Source of the DNA: a bacterium
Lineage (GTDB): Bacteria > Hinthialibacterota > Hinthialibacteria > Hinthialibacterales > Hinthialibacteraceae
Length of the DNA stretch: 13,371 bases
Direction: 5' to 3'
Assembly: GCA_041946805.1 (NCBI GenBank)
Contig: JBHGBC010000167.1
Span: 1 to 13,371, forward strand
The translations under genes were made by a program, and so were the position numbers. The notes beneath the pieces were generated by a model. It was not told the DNA's origin. It did not search any database and saw nothing but the letters and a program-made list of their open reading frames with translations. Position 1 is the stretch's first letter; every line of letters begins with the position of its first letter. Below are positions 6,011 through 13,371 of this stretch, piece by piece.

Positions 6011-9000
6011 ATGCCCATCAATCCCATTCAATTCGCCAATCAAATCTGTGAGGATTTCAAGCGGTACTTGTTTTCCTCCGCGTTTCCCTTGGCCGATCCC
6101 GAACTGGCGGATCCCGTCAAACGGCGGTTCGAAGGCTCCACCGCGCTGACATCCCCCTCGTTCAGGGCCCCTACGTATCGCTGTCGGAAGCGTTCGCCGA
6201 GGGGGAGTCCATAGCCGGGATGGTCCCGGACGGCCGCCTGCACCCGGTCATGCCCGCGCTGATCGGTTATCCCACGATGTGGCGGCATCAGCAGGAAGTC
6301 TTCGAAGCGGTCCGGCGTGGAGAGCATGTGCTGGTCTCCACGGGCACCGGTTCGGGGAAAACCGAGGCGTTCTTGTATCCCCTCCTCGACGAACTGCTGC
6401 GCGAGCGGGACCACGGTCTCCGGGAAGGTCTCAAGGCGATTCTGGTCTATCCGATGAACGCCCTGGCCAACGACCAGCTGGACCGGCTGCGGGAAATGTT
6501 GGCGGGCACGGAGATCACCTTCGGCCTCTGGATCGGCTCCACTCCCAAAACGAGGAACGACGTGAAGCCCGTGGACCGCTTCACCGGCTCCTCCCGGGAA
6601 GCGTACTTGGCCGAACGGGCCCAACGGGCGCGGGATGCGGCGCGGGAAAATCGGAGCATGCGTGTGCTGGCTCCGCCCGAGGAATGTTGCTCGGAGGAGG
6701 AGATACGGACGCAAAATCCCCGTATCCTGCTGACCAACTACCGGCAGTTGGAAATCCTCTCCACCCGTTGGCCGGATGTAAATCATTTCACCGATGCGCC
6801 GTTGCGCTACCTGGTGTTCGATGAGGCCCACACCTACCTGGGCGCGGTCGGCGCGGAGGTTGCGTGCCTGATCCGGCGGGTGCGGGCCTTGGCGGGAAAA
6901 AACGCCGATGAGGTGATCTGCATCGGCACCTCGGCAACCCTGACCTCTCCCTCTCCGGATGCCGGAGATAACCAGGCCGCCGCCGGCCGTTTTGCCTCGC
7001 GGTTCTTTGGTGTTGATCCCAACCAGGTGAGGTTGATTACCGAATCCTACCGTAAACCTCAATGGCCCCGGGAACGTTACCGCCCCGCCCCGCCCCGCGG
7101 GGATGGAGGGCAACGCTTGGCCCGCCTGCTCCAGGCCTTGGATCCGCCCGAAGATATCTCCGCCATTCAAGCCATCGTCGAGGAACTGACCGGATGGATG
7201 TTCGAGGCCGGCCCCGATTGGCGTGAATCCCTCTACCGCCTTCTCCTCTCGAACCAGTACGTGTATAAGTGCGCGAATCTACTGAAAAACGCCCGCCTGC
7301 TCCCGGAAGGGGCTTGGCAGGTTTCTCAGCGGATCGCGCCGGGCCGCTTTCCCCAAGGTTCGCAATGCAGCATGGAACTGATGGTGTATCTGCTGTTGGG
7401 AGCGGTGGCGCAACGGGACGGCCAGCCATTACTGCGGCCCAAGGTTCATTTCTTCATCCGGGGACTGGATGAAATGGCGGCCGCCTTCTCAGGCGATTCC
7501 GGTACAACCCGGCCGGAACTGTTTTTGTCGATCCAGGAAGGGCGGGAAGCCTATCCCGACCGGCGCGGCGACGCGTTTTTCCCGGTATGGACCTGCCGGA
7601 CGTGCGGCCAGCCTTTCTTCGAAAAACATTTCGAACAATTGGAATTGCAACGCAACCGCCAGAATAAAATCGTGGCCTTGGCTCAGGGCGATGCCACCGT
7701 GGACGGCCAGGGCCATGCCAACGCGGTTTGGTCACCGTCCACCCCGGATTCAGGAACCCGTCTTCTTCTCACCAACCGGCTCCTGGAGGCATCGGAGGAT
7801 GAGGAGAACCATGCCAGCCGTTCCTCCAAGTGGATCACCGCCTGGATCTGCCGCCATTGTGGCGCTCTGCACCGGCAGTTCAGCCCGTCTTGCCTGGCCG
7901 CCGGGTGTGGTCATCCCGAGCCGTTGTTGCCGCTGCTGGTGATCGCGGAGAAACTCCATTCCTGCCCTTCCTGTGGAAGCCGCTCCCCGCGGATCGGCGG
8001 GCGCACGATCGAACCGGCCCGGCCTGTTCGGGCGGTGACGGTTTCCGATGTCCATATTCTGGCTCAATCGATGATCAACGCCGCGCCCGACCGGCACAAA
8101 AAACTGGTGATTTTCGCCGATAGCCGGCAGGAGGCCGCCTTCCAAGCCGGGTGGATGCAGGACCACGCCCGCCGCTACCGCTTGCGTCACATGATGTATG
8201 AATTCATCCGGGACGAAACCACAGCCCGCGGCTTGGAAGAGATCGTGTTCCACTTGTGGGAACGCTTTCGGAATGAAAAACAATTGATTCCCGTCCTCTT
8301 GCCTGAATTGACGGGAGAGGATAGTTCGCCTTTGGGACCCAACCGGATGAAAAACGTGCACCGGGCCTTGCGCTATCTCGTCATCCGGGAATTCAGTACG
8401 GGGCTTCGGCGCCGCGATTGCCTTGAATCCATGGGACTGGCCAGAATTGAATATGAGGGACTGCGCGCGCAACATCCCGGAGTACTGGAGTGGTCCCGGA
8501 TGGCCGGCCTCTCTCCGGATGAGGCGGTCAACGCGATCGGCCTCATCCTGGACATCTGGCGGCGCAACCGGTTCTTGTACGTCGAGCCGGATCCCATTTA
8601 TTCCCGCTATCACCCCAAGGATGATCCGTACATCCAGGCCGGCCTGCTGCCCTTAGCCGAATTCCATCCCCGGGGGCTGCGGTTGAAAAAAGAGCAAACC
8701 AGTACCCGGATTCAAGGCCTGATCGCGCCCAAAGGGCAATCGGCCCTCCAAGCGTTGATGTAAAAATGGGCTTCCGATGGGGATGACCTCGATATCGAAC
8801 GGATCATCAAAAGATTGTGGGCCTTATTGACCGATGAAATGGGCCTATTGCAGGAAGTGGAGTTGCGAAGTTCCCGGGAAAAACCGCTGGAAGCCGTCTA
8901 TCAAATTTCTTCCGAAAAGATCCGCGTGCGGGTGGATTGGGAACAGTATCTTTGCCAGGTTTGCCGACGCGTGATGAATCGGCCGGCGCCTCGGTTCCGT

Positions 9001-11394
9001 TGCTCGCGCCATCATTGTCCCGGCACGATCGTGTTCCAAGAACCGGAACAGGAAAACTATGATGTCAACTTGATGCAAAGAGCATTTACGATGGTCGCCG
9101 CGGAAGAGCATACCGCGCAGGTCCCGGGGGAAATGCGGGAGATAATCGAGCGGGAATTCAAATCCGAAACCGGGCGGGTGAATTGCCTGGTGGCCACGCC
9201 CACCCTGGAAATGGGAGTCAATATCGGGGCGTTGGACATGATCTTCATGCGCAATGTCCCGCCCCTGCCTTTTAACTATTGGCAGCGGGCCGGACGCGCG
9301 GGCCGGCAGGAACGCATGGCGGTGATTACCACGTATTGCTCGCGTTCCAGTCACGACCGGTATTTCTTCGAGGATCCCCTGCGGCTTTTGAACGGTTCCA
9401 TCGAAGTCCCGGCCTTTAATCTGAAAAATCCCCTCATGATCGCCAAGCATGTCCGGTCCGCCCTGCTTTCGCAATTGCTTCCCAAAAGCCAGCAAGACGC
9501 GCAGTTGAAAAAAATACTTACTACGACGTTTCCCCATTTCATCCGGGATTATTTTGTGGATGCGAATAACAACTATCTATTGGAACCGCTATCCACCACG
9601 GATCTTCACACCTGGATTGAACAACACAAAACATCTCTCATCCCCCCATTGCGGATTTTGTTCGCCCAATATTGGCCCGCTGATATTGCCGGACTCACGT
9701 CCCATTCCGCGATCGAGAGGATTCTGCTGGAGACGGCTTCCAGCCTCTCCACCGTGATCCGCCGCCTGCACCGCCGCTTCCTCTGGGCACGGGACAAGCG
9801 GGAAGAATTGCACCGGGAGAAAGACCGCCGGATTTTGGAAAAAGAAGAGGAACAGCTCCTGCGGCGGTGCGATTACTTCATCGGCAATATCATGAAACGG
9901 GATAAGAGCACGTATACCTTGTTGGTTCTCGGTCAGGAGGGATTTCTTCCTGGATATGGCATTTACGACGGGGGGATTGTCGCGTCCGCGGAAAAAGGAT
10001 TCGCGAAAAGCCCAGGTCCCCGGGTATTCGAATTGAACCGCAATCCAGCCGTGGCCTTGCGCGAATTTGTCCCCGGAAACCGCTTGTATGCCAATGGCGG
10101 TTCGTTTTATGTCTCCCGTTATCATCTGACCGCTCACCAACACGCGCACTTACAATCGCTCCTGGTTAATCCCCAAAAGCATTGGGTGATGGAACCGGCC
10201 AACGCCGCGATCTACGGCCAATCGGGTAATACGATAATGACCGCTCTGCCCATCGCGGATTTGGATTTGACGCATGAAGGCCGGATCACGGAGGAAGAAA
10301 ATCTGCGCTTCGCCATGCCGGTGACAATTCTGGGCTATCTGCGCAAATACACCCGGGGAGGCAAGGCTTACAAAATCGGAGAGTTTGAAGTTCATCACCT
10401 CCGCGGCCAGGGCCTTCAGCTGGTTAATCTGGGTGAAGCGGGACGGGTTCGCAAGGGGGAATTGGGGCATTTGATTTGCACGGTCTGCGGCGCCGCCAAA
10501 ACGCCTTATGCGGTCGAAACGGAAACACAGCGGTTTATCGATTATCACACCACCGGATTGTGCGGGAAACCGCCTGTGCAGGTCTTGTTAACCGCGGACG
10601 CGGAGGTGGATACACTCCTTTTCTCCGGCGTGCCCAACGAGGAAACCGCGTACAACATCGGCGAAGCTTTGCCCGCCGCCGCGTATCAGCTCCTCGAAAT
10701 GGGAGAAAATGATTTGGAAATCCTGTTGACGCGAAAAACCGATGATACCCTGGATTTGCTGATCTTTGACCCAATGCCGGGGGGGTCGGGCTTGATAGAA
10801 CAAATGCTCGAACGCTGGCGGGAATTGATCAACTCCGGCCTGGCTTTGCTTTCCGAGTGTCCCGATCGTTGTGAAACCAGCTGTTACGCGTGCTTGCGGA
10901 GCTATCGCAACCAGTTTTATCACGAATATCTAAACCGCCGTCTGGTATTGGAACTCCTGGTGAAATTGGATTCGCTCCCCCAATCCTACCGGGATATCCC
11001 TCCGGTATTCGAAGAACCAATCACCGATGCAATCGGCCCTTCGAACCAGCCGGAGGCCCTTCTGCTGCGAATGCTGATGGACCACCATTTCCCTCCGGGA
11101 AAATGCCGTGAACGAATCCTGATTTCAGACAACATGTACGAGACTCCGGACTGGGTGTTCCTGGATGAAACCAATTTGGACATCAAGGTGGCGGTCTATC
11201 TCGACGGGATGAGCCGGAACTTGCATGGGGATCCCAAAACCATGAAGAAAGACAATCTCCGGCGGCAATTGATGGAACTGGAGGGGTATAAAGTCATCAT
11301 CGTTCAGTCTCGCGACCTTTCCGATCCCGAAGCCATGCGCCTCCACCTGACCAAGATCGCACAAGCGATTGGACGGGAAGATTTGATGCAATAG
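6011..11394 (+). pseudogene. Large DEAD/DEAH-box SF2 helicase with DUF1998 (YprA/Hrq1-like, DruE-like architecture) and C-terminal Vsr/DUF559-like nuclease domain; ~1794 aa when repaired; disrupted by a frameshift (~6148) and an in-frame TAA (8761-8763)
   Basis: ORF 6220-8763 has Q (WRHQ), I (TGTGSGKT), Ia (VYPMNALANDQ), Ib (LLTNY), II (DEAH), III (TSAT), CxxC clusters and IV (VIFADSRQEAA). ORF 8815-11394 is in the same frame and has HTAQ, V (ATPTLEMGVNIG), VI (QRAGRAGR), DUF1998 (IFDPMPGGSG, CPDRCETSCYACL) and PDW...VAVYLDG...H...KD...GYKVI. The N-terminus MPINPIQFANQICEDFKRYL starts at 6011 and joins DIPLVQGPYVSLS in the -1 frame. Confidence 0.88.
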
Positions 11395-11810
11395 GGTAAA
11401 TGGACTCTGCTTCCAAGCCTGGATAATTTCACGATCCCGGCCGTATGGGCCGATTGGGACGGAAATTGGATGAGGAGACCGCCAACATTTTCCCATTCGA
11501 ATCGCAATCCCAAAACAAGTCTCTTTGCCAGACGGGTCTCTTTCCCGATCAAATCTAGACTGGCTGAATTATCTCATTATTTATAATAATTTACAAAAAC
11601 AGTTCATGATATATTTTTATATTTTTTTCTATCTGCGGACACAGGGGTAACCATGGGACTCCTGCGGCGCGCGGCCGGGGGGTCTGGTTAAAATTTCCGC
11701 CGAATCGGGTCCCATACCAAAAATCCTTCTCGAAATCCCTTCTGCATCAATCCTCTCCCCAAGATCGAATTTCGAGGCCGCACTGCGTTTACGGTAAACT
11801 GTGCGACCCG

Positions 11811-11882
11811 GAAACCGATGCCTATCAAAGAGGAAACCAAGATGAAACCCAAAAGAAACCAATGAGAAACCGCGAGAAAACC
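11811..11882 (+). repeat. Phased direct repeats of GAAACC with an 11-bp period
   Basis: GAAACC occurs at 11811, 11833, 11844, 11855 and 11866, and AAAACC at 11877. All fall on one 11-nt register, with the 11822 slot degenerate. Confidence 0.75.
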
Positions 11883-12105
11883 TCAAACCTATCTCGCCTC
11901 GAATAACAGCCTATCCGGGAGTCATGTGCCTAATCCGTTCAAATCGGACGGTTTTTCGTCCACCCGTTTTTGGAGATTCCGGCCATTCTCCCGTAGCCCT
12001 TGCCTGGCCGGAACGGTTGGCCATACCCGATCCCGGCCCCGGTTGGGAACGTTGCCCCGTGGCCCTGTATCGCGGTTGAATCCATCTTCCCGAAGGGAAA
12101 TCCCG

Positions 12106-12153
12106 TTGCCCCTGGCCCTGGCCTTGCCCCTGCCCCTGCTATGGCCACGGCCC
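12106..12153 (+). repeat. Degenerate hexamer tandem repeat
   Basis: ttgccc ctggcc ctggcc ttgccc ctgccc ctgcta tggcca cggccc. Confidence 0.5.
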
Positions 12154-12409
12154 ATTCAGTCTAAACCGATGAGTCCCTCCTGGCATGATACATTCCCCTG
12201 GTTACCCGGACATCAGGGTTATCCCGTGGCGGAAAGGCCTGGCTGCGGCCCGATGGAACACACAGCTCGATGTACCCCGTTGAACCCTGCGAAGGGGAAA
12301 AATACCCGAAGGCGAAAAGGGGGAAAAACGAGGAGTTTTTTGTTCAATTGGTATTGCAAGGATTTTTACAAGACGGGAAATAGCTACATAAGTCTAGTGG
12401 AATCAAGGT

Positions 12410-12454
12410 TACGCCGGACAGGGCTCGAACCTGTAACCTCCTGATCCGTAGTCA
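12410..12454 (-). mobile_element. 3' half of tRNA-Arg(ACG); probable attachment (att) site of an integrative element
   Basis: Minus strand reads TGA-CT-ACG-GA-TCAGG-AGGTT-ACAGG-TTCGAGC-CCTGT-CCGGCGT-A: anticodon loop, variable loop, perfect T-arm and 3' acceptor strand. Only 3 bp of the anticodon stem pair. No D-arm or 5' acceptor strand (expected ACGCCGG) is present upstream on that strand. Confidence 0.85.
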
Positions 12455-12524
12455 CGCCCAAGCCTTTTGTAAGTATCCATAACTCAAACAGTTAGAAACA
12501 GTTAATCACCTTGCCCTTCCGTTG

Positions 12525-12559
12525 ACACCCCCCTCAGACCCCCCTCAAACTACCCTCAG
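12525..12559 (+). repeat. Three adjacent 11-bp-period direct repeats (CCCTCA core); candidate integrase arm-type sites
   Basis: CCCTCA occurs at 12531, 12542 and 12553, starting ~75 nt from the tRNA fragment. Confidence 0.5.
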
Positions 12560-12640
12560 ATTGCACGGTCATTGCACGATTGGTTTATATGAAAACAAAA
12601 ATCGGACTCGGTTCAATCACATCGTCCTTGCCCAAAGTGA

Positions 12641-13371
12641 CACCCCACCCCCTCCGACGCGATGCATCCCCCGAACATACCCCACGCCCAGGGCAATCAG
12701 AAAAAACCGGGGCGCAAAAAGGGCCATCCCGGCGCGCGGCATCCCTGGCCCGGCCGCATTGACCACCGGGAAGAGCACTGTCTGGATGGCTAACCCACAC
12801 TGAGGCGGCTCAGTCAATCCTTGCCAGGGAAAACACGCCACCCGCACGCGCATCATCGAGGATCTGCTGGAAAACATCCAGACAGAAATCACCGAATATA
12901 TCATCCACCGGGCTTACTGCCCCGTCTGCCAAGAGGCGGTTGAGCCCCCGGTGCCCGATGCGCTCCCGGGGTTGCCATCGGTCATCGGCTCCTGGTCCTC
13001 ACCGCGTACTTGCATTCCCACGTGGGCATTCCGGTCAACCGGATCGTGGTGATGCTCAACGCGCACCTGCAGTGCTCTATCAGCGCGGGCAGGCTGATGC
13101 GCATATGACAGAGGCTGGCGGCGCAACTCGATCCATGGGTTGACCAGCTGAGGGACGAGGCCCGGCATTCCGTCTTGCTGCTCGCCGACGGAACCGGCTG
13201 GCGGATCCACGGCCCCACCCTTTGGCTACAGTGCTTTATCAGCACGAGCACCACGGTGTACATGATCGGGTGGAGCCGCGGCAGCCCGGCCTTGAAGCGG
13301 ATCTTCGACGAAGCGTTCGAAGGCATCCTGGTCACCGATTTCTGGGCGGCCTACGACGCCATCCTCGGGGG
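12641..13371 (+). pseudogene. IS66-family transposase remnant, running off the window end
   Basis: Pieces in shifting frames: KKPGRKKGHPG (12701), RIIEDL...EITEYIIHRAYCPVCQEAVEPPVPDALPG, LLVLTAYLH...GIPVNRI, ADGTGWRIHG..LWLQCF, YMIGWSRGS and FEGILVTDFWAAY. Stops are at 12791, 12801 and 13106; frameshifts are near 12794 and 12970. The DETG motif reads DGTG. Confidence 0.88.

Noticed and set aside
6040..8613. Long antisense ORFs (6040-7170 and 7750-8613; likewise 879-1478, 2076-2798 and 8845-9537)
   Set aside because: They are shadows of GC-rich sense genes that carry clear family motifs, and their own translations show none.
8761..8763. Stop-codon reassignment or readthrough explaining the TAA in the helicase
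   Set aside because: TAA is the genuine stop of pit, the secreted protein, DUF433 and DUF5615 in this window. Selenocysteine and pyrrolysine use TGA and TAG.
6220..11394. Two independent genes, like DISARM drmA and drmB
   Set aside because: The break falls inside the second RecA domain (motif IV before it, V and VI after), both parts share one frame with sense-like sequence between them, and the second part has no RBS.
11629..12444. ORFs 11926-12444 (+), 11629-11886 (-) and 11922-12155 (-)
   Set aside because: They are Arg/Pro/Gly-rich low-complexity translations running through repeats and the tRNA fragment, with no recognisable domain.
12410..12490. Complete functional tRNA-Arg gene
   Set aside because: No D-arm, no 5' acceptor strand, and the anticodon stem is incomplete.

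Overview
GC-rich bacterial window. Left part (host-like): the 3' end of a PiT-family phosphate transporter and an 814-aa secreted multi-beta-domain protein ending in a short V-x-x-W-x-L-F tail, followed by an intrinsic terminator. Middle part (accessory): intergenic patchworks of REP-like palindromes, including three inverted doublets with compensatory stem changes. These surround an addiction-module toxin-antitoxin pair whose toxin is frameshifted, and precede a DUF433/DUF5615 (PIN) pair. That pair runs straight into one giant (~1794 aa) YprA/DUF1998-type helicase with a C-terminal nuclease-like domain, broken by a frameshift and an in-frame TAA. Right part: an 11-bp phased GAAACC array, the 3' half only of a tRNA-Arg(ACG) (probable att site) with arm-like repeats, and a decayed IS66 transposase running off the window. 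Family calls come from motifs recognised by eye, not from database searches.
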